Shown in pieces: positions 9,303-19,137 of a stretch of 64,000 nucleotides of DNA (positions are counted from its first letter, which is position 1; every line of letters begins with the position of its first letter). Below the pieces are notes generated by a model that worked only from the letters and a program-made list of their open reading frames with translations, made no database searches and was not told the DNA's origin. Origin of the DNA: Desulfobacterales bacterium (GTDB taxonomy: Bacteria > Desulfobacterota > Desulfobacteria > Desulfobacterales > SG8-13); assembly GCA_051155755.1 (NCBI GenBank), contig DAXETY010000010.1, positions 9,530 through 73,529 on the forward strand. Reading direction: 5' to 3'. A program made the translations under genes and the position numbers.

Positions 9303-10205
9303 TTATCGCATCCTGTGCACCAGCGCTTTGAGATCATCGGCGCTGGCGCACAGGATGCGGTCTTCCGTCTGAACCAGGTCGCGGATCGGTTCGGTGCGCC
9401 CCCATAAACCGATGCAGACCCGGTCAATTCGTTCAATGGTTTCCAGCACCGCGGCTTTGTCCACATATGGAAAGCGTTCGCCCCCTGCCAGCAGCGTCTC
9501 CATGGTTTCGTTTTTCAGCCGCGCCTCGAAACGCTGCTGCTTGATCAGGTGAATGGCAGCAGCCCGTTTTTTTTCGTTCAGAGACCGGTACATATCGCAG
9601 GATTCGTCGAATTCCTCCATAACGTCCAGCAGAAAAGTCAGGTCTGCCAAAAATTCCGAATCGGCGGCCTGCTTCTGAATGTAGTCGCACAGAAAATCGC
9701 GCTTGATCTTTCCCGGCATCCGCCGGGCGTTGCGCAGGGTTACCTTGACGACATCCTGCAGTCCGGAAGCAACACAGGCCTCGATCCGGCGCCGCAGCTG
9801 CGGATCGATCCGAACGGTGATGTTCAGACGGTCTACGAAGGCTGCGGCCGCCTCTGCTGGAAAACGCACCTGCAGGGGCACGCGGCGGTCTTCGAAGCGC
9901 AATGTCGCCTCCGGTGACCGGCGCCCGATGGCTTCGGCAACAATGCGTGCATCTTCTGCGTTGTAAGCATTTCGCTCCAGCACAGGTTCCAGGCGAACCT
10001 GCATGGCTTCGTCCGGGAAGAAAAGCAGCTCGCAAAGGGTATCGCGTTCCGGGTTCGAGGGCCCCGTCACAAGGGCTGCCAGTTCTTCGGCAGAGGGGTT
10101 GGCGACGGTGGCGTCGATAAAATCGGACACCGCGGCGTCGACAACCACTCCTTCCTGGAACAGGGTTTCGATCCATCCAATCAATTCCCGGCAGTGCGCC
10201 TGCAT
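9303..10205 (-). CDS. Hypothetical protein
   Basis: Long ORF with protein-like composition, co-oriented with its neighbours; no motif recognised. Confidence 0.75.
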   Translation of the reverse strand: MQAHCRELIGWIETLFQEGVVVDAAVSDFIDATVANPSAEELAALVTGPSNPERDTLCELLFFPDEAMQVRLEPVLERNAYNAEDARIVAEAIGRRSPEATLRFEDRRVPLQVRFPAEAAAAFVDRLNITVRIDPQLRRRIEACVASGLQDVVKVTLRNARRMPGKIKRDFLCDYIQKQAADSEFLADLTFLLDVMEEFDESCDMYRSLNEKKRAAAIHLIKQQRFEARLKNETMETLLAGGERFPYVDKAAVLETIERIDRVCIGLWGRTEPIRDLVQTEDRILCASADDLKALVHRMR

Positions 10206-10282
10206 ACATCCCTTCTTTTCCGGCCAATCTCTGAATAAAGACGGAATCATGGATTTTGAAAAGCGGAAACGCTCCATATCGT

Positions 10283-10870
10283 TCAGAGATACGATGCCAT
10301 TTTGAACATCAGCTGGTGCTTCTGCAGTCCGCCCGGAAAGCTTTCCTTGAGCTTGCCGTTATCGAAAATGAACATGTAGGGCACGCTGAGCACTTCGTAG
10401 CGGGAGGCAAACTGGGGGCTGGCATCCACATTCACCTTGGCCACCCGGATTTTTCCTTTGGATTCCCGCGCGAATTCGTCAACGACTGGCGCCACCGTGC
10501 CGCATGTGGGACACCAAGGTGCCCAGCAGAACACGACCACCGGCAGGGGGGACTGCAAAACCATCGATTCGAAATTCCGGTCCGTAACCATCACCGGTTG
10601 GGGGCGGAAGAGTTCACTGGTCGGAAGCACCTGTCCGCATTTTCCGCATTTGGGTTCGGAGTCGACCCGCGATGCCGGTATCCGATTGCGGGTTCGACAG
10701 GCCGAACAACGCAGGGTGAACGTTTCCTCAGACCGATGGTCTTCGGCCGCAACGGCCAGTGGTTTGCGGCATTTACCGCAACGGGCCCTTTCGGGGTCCC
10801 GATCCGGGGGAATTCGATTGCGGGTGCCGCAGGACGAACAGCGCACGACATCCGTAGCCGTCTGGTTCAT
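10283..10870 (-). CDS. trxC: Thioredoxin-2 (TrxC)-like protein with duplicated N-terminal zinc ribbon
   Basis: Two CxxC-(NRIP)-CGKC modules, then a Trx fold with WAPWCPTC and SVP cis-Pro. Confidence 0.88.
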   Translation of the reverse strand: MNQTATDVVRCSSCGTRNRIPPDRDPERARCGKCRKPLAVAAEDHRSEETFTLRCSACRTRNRIPASRVDSEPKCGKCGQVLPTSELFRPQPVMVTDRNFESMVLQSPLPVVVFCWAPWCPTCGTVAPVVDEFARESKGKIRVAKVNVDASPQFASRYEVLSVPYMFIFDNGKLKESFPGGLQKHQLMFKMASYL

Positions 10871-11145
10871 GAATCTGTCTCCGTCTCCGTCAACATTTTT
10901 GGCAACAATATAAACTGGATTCACCCATTGTCGAGGCGGTCGCACCGGTGTTGCGGCTCAGGCCGCGTCTTTCCGGACGCGAAACCAAAGCAACACCCGC
11001 GGCAGTGCCGAGGGCGGCGCGGAATGCTTCAAGGAACGGCACGCAAATCACCCCTCTGCCGATCGGACGTTACCGACACAGCCGTTTTGAAGGGTAATGC
11101 GTATCCGATGTGCGATCGACAATCGAAGACAGGGAAAGGTAAAGA

Positions 11146-11757
11146 TTACAAAATGTTGCGGAAGGCTAAAAAGGTAAGAATCCCTGAGGTGAACAATCCC
11201 AGCGATCCGAAAAGAACCGGGCGTCGATATACCAGCGAATCGAATGCATGGTAGGAGCGATCGAGTTGTTCGAGCACCGGTTCGGTGGAAAGCCAGGTAT
11301 TGAGCTTAAACTCCATACTCTTTACGTGCTCGGGGCTGTACAGCAGAATCGATCCGATCAACAATCCCACGATTCCGGTGATCTTGCCGATCAATGCCAT
11401 CGCGCTGACGATCATCTCTCCGGTGGACTGGAAGGTGCCGTCCTGAAAAAATATCGTTACGAAACTGCGCACATCCAGGCGATAAAAGAGAAACACCAGA
11501 ATGAACGCGCAACTGACGATAAAGGCGACACCGAACATCATATTGTGGCGATAGATCAGGTTTTCGGTATTAATGGATTTGTCGACAAAACGCGTGAACT
11601 TGCGATCCAGGTAAACCATGCGATTGCAGATATCTCCGAATTTGCGCATGGTGGTCGGGCTCACGATCAACAACAGGGAAAAAAGCGCTCCGAGGATTCC
11701 GATGGTTAACGTAAACAATTCAAGTGCTTGCAGGCAAATTTCCCAAATGATATGCAT
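11146..11757 (-). CDS. Hypothetical membrane protein
   Basis: Four hydrophobic segments; looks like an internal duplication of a 2-TM unit. Confidence 0.75.
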   Translation of the reverse strand: MHIIWEICLQALELFTLTIGILGALFSLLLIVSPTTMRKFGDICNRMVYLDRKFTRFVDKSINTENLIYRHNMMFGVAFIVSCAFILVFLFYRLDVRSFVTIFFQDGTFQSTGEMIVSAMALIGKITGIVGLLIGSILLYSPEHVKSMEFKLNTWLSTEPVLEQLDRSYHAFDSLVYRRPVLFGSLGLFTSGILTFLAFRNIL

Positions 11758-11988
11758 TAACGATTCTCCTGTGCAGGCCGCGTTGATCCGTTTCCAGAGG
11801 GTGCGATTTCATCAGCATTCGCGGCCACCTGCTCTGACCCTTTCTCGTTAAAGTCTAATTATACCTTCTGACCGGTCATCGGGCAAGGCTTATTCCCTGG
11901 ACCGCCGATCCGGTGCCGATGCCGTGCGGATGCGTCCAAGGCAAACCAAAATGGAAGCAAACGCTGCGATTCGCCCGATCGAGGCTCC

Positions 11989-12017
11989 TTGACACCTCCG
12001 GGGCGATCTTTTAGTAT
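11989..12017 (+). promoter_or_regulatory. Sigma70 promoter for the LUD-thiM-thiL operon
   Basis: TTGACA-17 bp-TAGTAT; AGGAG RBS before ATG 12065. Confidence 0.7.
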
Positions 12018-12064
12018 CACTGGCCAGTTTCCGCCTAAGTAGATGACTCAGATAAGGAGCCGCC

Positions 12065-12718
12065 ATGGATAATCCTATTCAGAACTACTGGCATCACCGC
12101 CTGCATGAACTGCAAAAGGCGCTGGAAGCGAATCATTTCCGCGTCTATCGGGCCGAAAACGGCGATGAGGCCCGGCAGCGGGTGCTCGAGGAAATTCTGC
12201 CCGCCGTCCGACCGCAAAGCATATCCTGGGGCGGTTCACTGACATTTGTATCCATCGGTTTGTACGAAGCACTGAAAGAAAGAGACGATATCGAAATCCT
12301 CGACACCTTTGACAAGTCGCTCCCACCCGAGCAAATGCTGGAACGCCGCAGACGGGCCCTGTTGACGGATCTGTTCGTAACCGGTACCAACGCCGTCACC
12401 GAAACGGGCCAGCTGGTCAACCTGGATATGATCGGCAATCGAGTGGGCGCCATCACCTTCGGCCCCCGGAACGTATTGATCCTGGCCGCCCGCAATAAGA
12501 TCGCAGCCGATTTGAAAGATGCCATCTTCCGCATCAAAAATTACGCGGCGCCGGTCAACGCCATGCGACTGGACAAAAAAACGCCCTGTACCCGCACCGC
12601 TTATTGTGAAGAGTGCCGAAGCCCGGACCGAATCTGCAACAGCTGGACCATCACCGAAAAATCGTTCCCCAAGGACCGGATCAAGGTTGTGTTGATCAAT
12701 CAGGCTCTCGGCTTCTAA
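12065..12718 (+). CDS. LUD-domain (LutC/YkgG-like) protein
   Basis: GGSLT, TGTNAVTETGQLVNLDMIGNRV, TPC....C.EC.SPDRICN. Confidence 0.88.
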   Translation: MDNPIQNYWHHRLHELQKALEANHFRVYRAENGDEARQRVLEEILPAVRPQSISWGGSLTFVSIGLYEALKERDDIEILDTFDKSLPPEQMLERRRRALLTDLFVTGTNAVTETGQLVNLDMIGNRVGAITFGPRNVLILAARNKIAADLKDAIFRIKNYAAPVNAMRLDKKTPCTRTAYCEECRSPDRICNSWTITEKSFPKDRIKVVLINQALGF

Positions 12719-12722
12719 TCCC

Positions 12723-13550
12723 ATGGACACGGCATCGGAATACGCTGTACAAAACCTGGTTGCTGTGCGGAAGAAACGCCCGCTGGTGCACAGCATCACC
12801 AACCTGGTTTCGATCAACACGGTTGCCAATGCGCTGCTGGCGGCCGGCGGTGCACCGGTGATGGCATTTGCGCCGGAAGAGGTCGGCGAGGTGGCCGAGC
12901 ATGCCGATGCGCTGGTTCTGAACACCGGCACGCTGACCGAAAACCGGCTCAAAGCCATGCAGATTGCCGGCCGGCGGGCGGCTTCCCGGGGCATTCCGTT
13001 GGCTGTCGATCCGGTGGGGGCCGGCATATCCTCCTTCCGCACCCGTGCCGTGCAGGAAATCCTGACACAACTGCCGGTGCAGGTGTTGCGCGGAAATCCG
13101 TCCGAGATCCTCGCATTGAAACGAAAAAAAACGGACATGGCCGGAGTGGATGCAGTTCACTCCATGGAACAGGCCCGCCGGGCTGCCGTTGAAGTCGCTA
13201 CAGAATTTGGCATCACGGTGGCGGTTACCGGTCCCGTCGACCTGGTGACCGATGGCCGCCGCGCACTTCTGGTGGCCAACGGACACCCGCTGCTCACCCG
13301 GATCACCGGTGCCGGATGCACGGCCACGGCCATGATCGCGATGTTTCTGGCCGTGGCATCGGAACCGCTCCGTTCGGCCGCAAGCGCCCTGGCCTATTTC
13401 GGTCTGGCCGCCGAAATGGCCGCCGAAAGTGCCCAAGCACCGGGCAGTTTCTGGATACGACTGCTGGATGTGCTCTATGCAATGACACCCGCGGAATTTG
13501 CCGAAGGCTGCCGGATCACAACGGCATCGACCGACCGGCAAACACGATGA
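12723..13550 (+). CDS. thiM: Hydroxyethylthiazole kinase
   Basis: PLVHSITN.V, ANALLA.G..P.M, DPVGAG, RGNPSEI, TGAGC. Confidence 0.95.
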   Translation: MDTASEYAVQNLVAVRKKRPLVHSITNLVSINTVANALLAAGGAPVMAFAPEEVGEVAEHADALVLNTGTLTENRLKAMQIAGRRAASRGIPLAVDPVGAGISSFRTRAVQEILTQLPVQVLRGNPSEILALKRKKTDMAGVDAVHSMEQARRAAVEVATEFGITVAVTGPVDLVTDGRRALLVANGHPLLTRITGAGCTATAMIAMFLAVASEPLRSAASALAYFGLAAEMAAESAQAPGSFWIRLLDVLYAMTPAEFAEGCRITTASTDRQTR

Positions 13551-13643
13551 TACGTTGCACGGTACATCCGGGGCCCATAAACATCTGAATGGCGCGGTTG
13601 TCGAGCAACCTTCGCCCGGCGATTACCGGGTACAAGCTTACCA

Positions 13644-14660
13644 ATGGACTTGAAAGAAATTGGCGAATTTGGATGGATCGAACGGATCCGAAAGGCCCTG
13701 CCGATCCGCAACCGCCGAATTGTCAAGGCAATCGGCGACGATGCCGCGGTCTTTCGCTGTGACGGTGATTTCCTGCACCTGTTGACCACCGACCTGCTGG
13801 TGGAGCGGGTTCATTTCGAAAGAGCGACCATCGGCGGGGCGGATCTCGGCCACAAGGCCCTGGCGGCCAACCTCAGCGATATCGCTGCCATGGGGGGCGT
13901 GCCGCAGGATGCGTTTATCAGTATCGGGGTGCCGAACAACTGCCGCCTCGAATATCTCGACGCGCTTTACGACGGTATGAAGCAACTGGCACAGCAGTAT
14001 GATGTCAACATCCTCGGCGGCGACACCACCGGGTCCAAAATCGACCTGGTGATCAATATCGCCCTGTCCGGCAAAGTCGAAGAAGATCGGGTGCGGTTCC
14101 GCAACACCGCCCGGCCCGGCGATACCATTTTCTGCACGGGCTGGGTCGGTGAAAGCCGGGCCGGACTGCATCTGCTTGCCAACCGGCTGCCCATCGATTC
14201 GGAGGACCTGGCGACGTTGCGAAATGCGCATTTGCGCCCCCGGCCGCATATCGAAGAGGGCCGTTTTCTGGCCTCCTGTCCGGGGGTGCACGCGGTGATC
14301 GACGTCAGTGACGGGCTCAGCTCCGACCTGGGCCATATTGCCCGGGAAAGTCGGGTTGGCGGCCGGATCTTTTCGAACCGCATTCCGGTCTCTCCGCCAT
14401 TGGCCGAATTCTGCCGCCGCTTTGATTTCGATCCACTGGAAATGGCCCTGGCCGGAGGCGAAGATTACGTACTGCTGGGTACGATGGCCGCCGCCTCCGC
14501 GGAAAGCGTGGCGCGGCGCTTTCGAAACGCCTTCGGCCGGCCGTTGCACTGTGTCGGCGAAGTGACCGACCTCGGGATCCTGGAGTGGGTCGATGCGGCT
14601 GGAGATTGTCGTCCGCTGACCGCCACCGGCTGGGACCACTTTGCCACGGACGTTCCTTAG
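13644..14660 (+). CDS. thiL: Thiamine-monophosphate kinase
   Basis: GEFGWI, IGDDAA, NLSDIAAMGG, GGDT, IDVSDGL, GGEDY. Confidence 0.96.
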   Translation: MDLKEIGEFGWIERIRKALPIRNRRIVKAIGDDAAVFRCDGDFLHLLTTDLLVERVHFERATIGGADLGHKALAANLSDIAAMGGVPQDAFISIGVPNNCRLEYLDALYDGMKQLAQQYDVNILGGDTTGSKIDLVINIALSGKVEEDRVRFRNTARPGDTIFCTGWVGESRAGLHLLANRLPIDSEDLATLRNAHLRPRPHIEEGRFLASCPGVHAVIDVSDGLSSDLGHIARESRVGGRIFSNRIPVSPPLAEFCRRFDFDPLEMALAGGEDYVLLGTMAAASAESVARRFRNAFGRPLHCVGEVTDLGILEWVDAAGDCRPLTATGWDHFATDVP

Positions 14661-14662
14661 CT

Positions 14663-14840
14663 CGTGTCCATCCAGAAATGGCCCTTTTTCCGCTGAGCTG
14701 CGTTCTCCGCGGGTTTGGCGGCTGCGACGTACTCCATGTACGCCTCGCCGCAAACCCTTGTGCGGCCTTGCTCAATGAAAAAATTGCTCATTTCTGCATT
14801 GGACACTCTACAGTGCCATCAACTTTCAGTGGATGGGCAC
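14663..14840. mobile_element. MITE-like palindromic element inserted at the thiL stop codon
   Basis: Ends GTGTCCATCC...GGATGGGCAC (inverted, 1 mismatch); internal inverted repeat GTGTCCA-TCCAGAAATG...CATTTCTGCATTGGACAC; flanked by direct repeat TAGCT at 14658 and 14841. Confidence 0.75.
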
Positions 14841-14852
14841 TAGCTCGCGTTG

Positions 14853-14977
14853 GCGCCCGCGAAGCGGGTGGCTTGAACGTTCTGGCTGCGGCACTCGCCG
14901 CCGGCAAGTGAAGACAGAAGCACGTTTGTGCTTCGATGTTCAACTTGCAAAAGCAGCCGGTTCGGGCAAAAATCACC
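14853..14977 (+). repeat. Dispersed IS200/IS605-end-like repeat, copy B
   Basis: Hairpin CCCGC-GAA-GCGGG-TGGCTTG followed by AGACAGAAGCACG..TTGTGCTTCGATGTTCAACTTGCA...GGCAAAAAT, shared with copies A and C. Confidence 0.75.
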
Positions 14978-15002
14978 AATACGCAAATAAAGAGGCAGCC
15001 TG

Positions 15003-15827
15003 ATGATTTCCGACTCTTCCATTCCGTATCGCAAAGTGATGTCCATCGCCGGGTCCGACAGCGGTGGCGGCGCCGGCATTCAGGCGGACTTGAAAACGAT
15101 TTCCGCCCTCGGATGCTATGCGACGACTGTGATCACCGCGCTGACGGCCCAGAATACCCGGGGCGTCACCGGAATTCATGCCGTCCCGGCCGAGTTCGTC
15201 GACCGGCAGATCGAGTCGGTGCTGTCGGACATCGGCACCGACGCGGTCAAGATCGGAATGCTGTTTTCGGTCGAGTTAATTCAAGTCGTCGCCGAAGCCC
15301 TGCGGCGTCATGCGGTGACCAACGTGGTGCTCGATCCGGTAATGGTCGCCCAGAGCGGTGACAAACTCTTGCAGGACGACGCGGTGGAAGCCCTGAAACG
15401 CGAATTGTTTCCGCTCGCCGCAGTGGTTACGCCCAATCTGCCGGAAGCGGCCGTCATGCTGGGAAGGCCGCCGGAAGAACTTGCGGACCTGAAATCCGCC
15501 GCCACCGAATTGGCGGACCTGGGCGGCCGCAGCATTCTGATCAAAGGAGGGCATTCGGAGGGAAGCCGCAGCGATGACCTGTTGTATCTGGTTGAGTCGG
15601 ACCGGTTTGTCACGCTTTCCGGCCCCCGGATCGAAACGGTCAACACCCACGGCACCGGCTGCACGCTTTCCTCGGCCGTCGCCGCCCGGCTGGCCTGTGG
15701 CGCGGACATCGAAACCGCGGTTCGGGATGCCAAAGCTTTTATTACCGGCGCGATCAAAGCCGGTGCGGCCTATCGGCTGGGACACGGCCACGGCCCGGTG
15801 CATCATTTTCACCGCTTCTGGAAGTAG
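15003..15827 (+). CDS. thiD: Hydroxymethylpyrimidine/phosphomethylpyrimidine kinase
   Basis: IAGSDSGGGAGIQADLKT, KIGML, TPNLPEA, KGGH, HGTGCTLS. Confidence 0.97.
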   Translation: MISDSSIPYRKVMSIAGSDSGGGAGIQADLKTISALGCYATTVITALTAQNTRGVTGIHAVPAEFVDRQIESVLSDIGTDAVKIGMLFSVELIQVVAEALRRHAVTNVVLDPVMVAQSGDKLLQDDAVEALKRELFPLAAVVTPNLPEAAVMLGRPPEELADLKSAATELADLGGRSILIKGGHSEGSRSDDLLYLVESDRFVTLSGPRIETVNTHGTGCTLSSAVAARLACGADIETAVRDAKAFITGAIKAGAAYRLGHGHGPVHHFHRFWK

Positions 15828-15842
15828 ACAGCCTTTTCAGCA

Positions 15843-16928
15843 TCAGGTCTTGTGCGTCTTCAGTTTTAATTCATTGGCGGAATAGCCGAACATGGAAAGG
15901 ACCGAGTGGGCCAGGCGAACGGCCTCTTCGGCATGCAGGCGGGTTTCCACGAATATGTTGGTGCCTTCGATATTGAGCGGCATCCGCAGTTCATCCGGAT
16001 CTTCCCGGAAATAAAAACGTCCGTCCACCGAGTGCCAGAGGAGTTTTTCCAGGTCGCGGTCGTGGCGGGAAACCAGCACGTTGCAGAGTTTGAAAATAAA
16101 CTGACTCCAGGATTCGACCTCGTAGTCGCGTCCGTTGAATTGAAAACTCTCGATGGATTGGCCTTCGTAGCCGGGCTTGACCGCCTCTTTGAGTTCGATG
16201 ATCTCCTCACGGGATTCCACGGCCTCGGACAGCTCCAGGGGTTCCGAGTCGGCTGCAGGCGACTTGATGGAGTGACGGATCAGAAAATCGACGATGCGTT
16301 CCTTCTCGGGCCGCAGACCGCAGCTCTTTTCCACGGAATCGGTCAGCAATTCCACGATGCGGGGGTCCGGCTCGGCCAGCATGCGGCTCCAGTTGTCGCC
16401 AATGGCCTTTTCCAGCACCCGGCCGCTGCGTTTTCGATGCATCGACTCGGCCGTCTTCAGCGACATGCCCGACAACACGTTTTTTCTGGCCAGCAGCTCC
16501 ACGAGCGGTAGGGCCGCATCGCGGGGATTTTGCTTCTGCAGGTCGAGGGAGCAGAACCGTTTCCGTTCGGTGGGGCCTTCGCTGAAAGCCAGAAAAAACC
16601 ACCACAGCACCCCGTTGGTCAGCACTGCCAGCTTGACGCCTTCCTGCAGGGCACAGCCGAGCAACTGCTTCTGCTGGGGGGCCAATTCGTCTCCGACTTT
16701 CTTTACGTCGATAAACACCTTGTCCATTTTGTTGATGCGCAAGGCGTAATCCACGCGCTGAGACTTGACCGGATGATCGGGCTTCACCTCTTCCACGTTG
16801 AAAATATCCCAGCCGAGAAGCGAGAGCACGCGAATGACCAGGGCCTGCTTGGTGGAGGCCTCGTCCAGACTCCCGATGCGTTTGTTTTTCTTCACACTTT
16901 CAATGTATTCGGCAACTGCTTTTTCCAT
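15843..16928 (-). CDS. Solo HsdR_N-type (PD-(D/E)xK) restriction endonuclease-like protein with SeqA-C-like C-terminal domain
   Basis: EASTKQALV..L..LGWD, RVDYAL, FIDVK, LTNG..W.F; C-terminal YF......P..I.GT...V.T......L..FGY pattern. Confidence 0.7.
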   Translation of the reverse strand: MEKAVAEYIESVKKNKRIGSLDEASTKQALVIRVLSLLGWDIFNVEEVKPDHPVKSQRVDYALRINKMDKVFIDVKKVGDELAPQQKQLLGCALQEGVKLAVLTNGVLWWFFLAFSEGPTERKRFCSLDLQKQNPRDAALPLVELLARKNVLSGMSLKTAESMHRKRSGRVLEKAIGDNWSRMLAEPDPRIVELLTDSVEKSCGLRPEKERIVDFLIRHSIKSPAADSEPLELSEAVESREEIIELKEAVKPGYEGQSIESFQFNGRDYEVESWSQFIFKLCNVLVSRHDRDLEKLLWHSVDGRFYFREDPDELRMPLNIEGTNIFVETRLHAEEAVRLAHSVLSMFGYSANELKLKTHKT

Positions 16929-17145
16929 GATGACGCCCGTCGGTTTTTTTCAAAGCGAGCCCGGATGGCTTCCTTCACGGCTGCGCCCGGCGGTTAAACG
17001 ACCGATGATTTTCAGACGATAACCCCTTTTTAATACAAACATTTCTTTTCAGCAAGCAACTTTTCCGCCGTCGTGTTCCCGTCGGCCTCGAAATGCGGCC
17101 GGCAATTGAGCTGAACACTTTTTGAACGTTATGAAATTCAAATGG

Positions 17146-19137
17146 TTACACGTCCACAGCATTGCGGAAAAAACGTCGTCGTTCGGGTTTGGGTCGAAAG
17201 CGGCGTATCCGGCTGCGCAGGTTCCGCAGCGCCGCGCGGCCGCCTCGATTTCCATAGCGCAAATACGCGTACAGCCGGATGATCGCTTCCACCTCTCCGC
17301 TCAGATCGGGCCGCCGGCTGCCGATCCGAATCGCGAAATCCAGCGGGCCCTCATGGGGATGCCGCACCAGGCCGGCCCGGGCAAGACGGGCGCAAAATTG
17401 CCAGTACGCCTTTTGAGCCGCATCGGAAGAAGCTTCGCGGGTCTGTGAAAAACCGTAACGGTAGAGCACTGCCAGCAGGAAACAAATCCCGACGGCGAAC
17501 AGCAGCAAGACCAGTACCGCCGCGGCGCCTTCGAGCTGGAAACCCATCCGTCCCAGCATGGAACGCTGTCGTTGCGGTGAATACGCCATGACCCAGCGAT
17601 CCCAACGATTTTCGGCCGCATCCCAGCCCAACTGGAGCTGATCCCACAGCTCGGAAACCGCTCCGAGGCGTCCCCGAAAGGGCTGCAGATCGGATCGCTC
17701 TTCGACCGGCAGCGCTTCGGAGATACCCTGCAGGATGCGGCTAGGCTCCACCGCCAGGGTCGGATCGCGCCGGGTCCAACCGGATTGCGGAAGCCAGACT
17801 TCCACCCAGGCATGGGCGTGCAGTTGGCGCACCATCCAGTAATCAGCGTAGGGATTGGGTTCGGCTCCCAGATAACCGGCCACCACCCGAGCCGGAATGC
17901 CGGCCGCGCGCATCAGAAATGCGAATGTCGAGGCATAGTGTTCGCAATACCCCTGTCGCGTATCGAACAGCAGGCTGTCGACGGCGTCGTCACCCAGCAG
18001 CGGCGGGCGCAGCGTGTAGCGAAAACCGTTTTCCCGGAAAAACCGCAGGCCCAGATCGACAACGTCTGAAGAGACTCCGGCCTGCTGGCGCCACTGCGCT
18101 GCCAGCTTGCGGGCCCTGGGATTCCCCCGGGCCGGAAGCTGCAGATAACCCGCTTCCCAGAGCTCCGAAGGCCCGGCGCTGCGATAATCCACCCTTGATT
18201 CCACCGCGTAGGTATAGTTTTGTTTGACCTTGCGCCATTTCATCAGGGTGTAATCGGAATAAACGCTCAGACGCCCCCGGGCCTCGACCGGAAGGTCCAG
18301 TGCAAAAAGCCACTGCCGGCCGTGCGGTTCCATGGTTATGGTATATTGAACCGGTCGCCCCCCGAAAACCATCGGCTGCGCCCGGCCCCGCTCCCCGGAA
18401 CGATGCCAGCTGCGACCGTCGAAGGCATCAAAGGTCAGTCCGCGCCAGTACAGGTGCTCGATGGCCGGAACCTCATCCTCGAACTCGACTCGAAACGCCA
18501 CCTCGCGACTCAGGACGATTTCCGATATGGTTCCGGAGGACAGCACGTCGGAAAATCCGCTGACGGCCTGCTCGGCAGCGATTCCCCACAGCCCGCCGTG
18601 CATGCGCGGAAAAAACACGAACAGAACGACGGCGATCGGAACGGCCTGGATCAGCAGTCGGGCCGAAACTTTCAGCGGCCTGCGCCAGCCGCCCGGCACC
18701 TCGTGCAGGCGCACCAGCACGGCGGTGGTCACCCAAAGACCGACGGGTACAAACAGGCCCGCCATCAGGGAGCTGGTAAAAAACACCACCGAAACGCCGA
18801 GAAAATAGGCCAGAAATAGACTCACGACGACATCCCGGTGGGTTTCCACCTCCATTAGCTTCACGGTGGCCAAAATCCAAAGCAAGGCCACCGCGGTGTT
18901 GCGATCCAGCGCCCCGCCCGTGCCGACCAGCACAGCCAAAATTCCGGCAAGGGTCAACAGCCGGCGCGTCCGGGGAGCTGCCGGCGACCGCCCGCTGCGA
19001 ACCCGGAGCAGCAGGATCGCCCAGGTGGCAACGCATCCCCCGGCGACCCACCAGGGCAGCCAGCCGATGTGGGGCAACAGATTTACGGCCAGAGCCGCGA
19101 TCAATGCCGGTATGTGAGCCACGGCCGAATGTGTCAT
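17146..19137 (-). CDS. Membrane transglutaminase-like protein (TgpA; DUF3488 + transglutaminase core)
   Basis: N-terminal TMs, LYWRG, GYCEHYA, HAWVEVW, DPT catalytic triad. Confidence 0.92.
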   Translation of the reverse strand: MTHSAVAHIPALIAALAVNLLPHIGWLPWWVAGGCVATWAILLLRVRSGRSPAAPRTRRLLTLAGILAVLVGTGGALDRNTAVALLWILATVKLMEVETHRDVVVSLFLAYFLGVSVVFFTSSLMAGLFVPVGLWVTTAVLVRLHEVPGGWRRPLKVSARLLIQAVPIAVVLFVFFPRMHGGLWGIAAEQAVSGFSDVLSSGTISEIVLSREVAFRVEFEDEVPAIEHLYWRGLTFDAFDGRSWHRSGERGRAQPMVFGGRPVQYTITMEPHGRQWLFALDLPVEARGRLSVYSDYTLMKWRKVKQNYTYAVESRVDYRSAGPSELWEAGYLQLPARGNPRARKLAAQWRQQAGVSSDVVDLGLRFFRENGFRYTLRPPLLGDDAVDSLLFDTRQGYCEHYASTFAFLMRAAGIPARVVAGYLGAEPNPYADYWMVRQLHAHAWVEVWLPQSGWTRRDPTLAVEPSRILQGISEALPVEERSDLQPFRGRLGAVSELWDQLQLGWDAAENRWDRWVMAYSPQRQRSMLGRMGFQLEGAAAVLVLLLFAVGICFLLAVLYRYGFSQTREASSDAAQKAYWQFCARLARAGLVRHPHEGPLDFAIRIGSRRPDLSGEVEAIIRLYAYLRYGNRGGRAALRNLRSRIRRFRPKPERRRFFRNAVDV

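Noticed and set aside
11940..12064. TPP riboswitch upstream of the thi genes
   Set aside because: No CTGAGA/ACCTG core and only about 40 nt of leader; the thiL-thiD gap is explained by repeats
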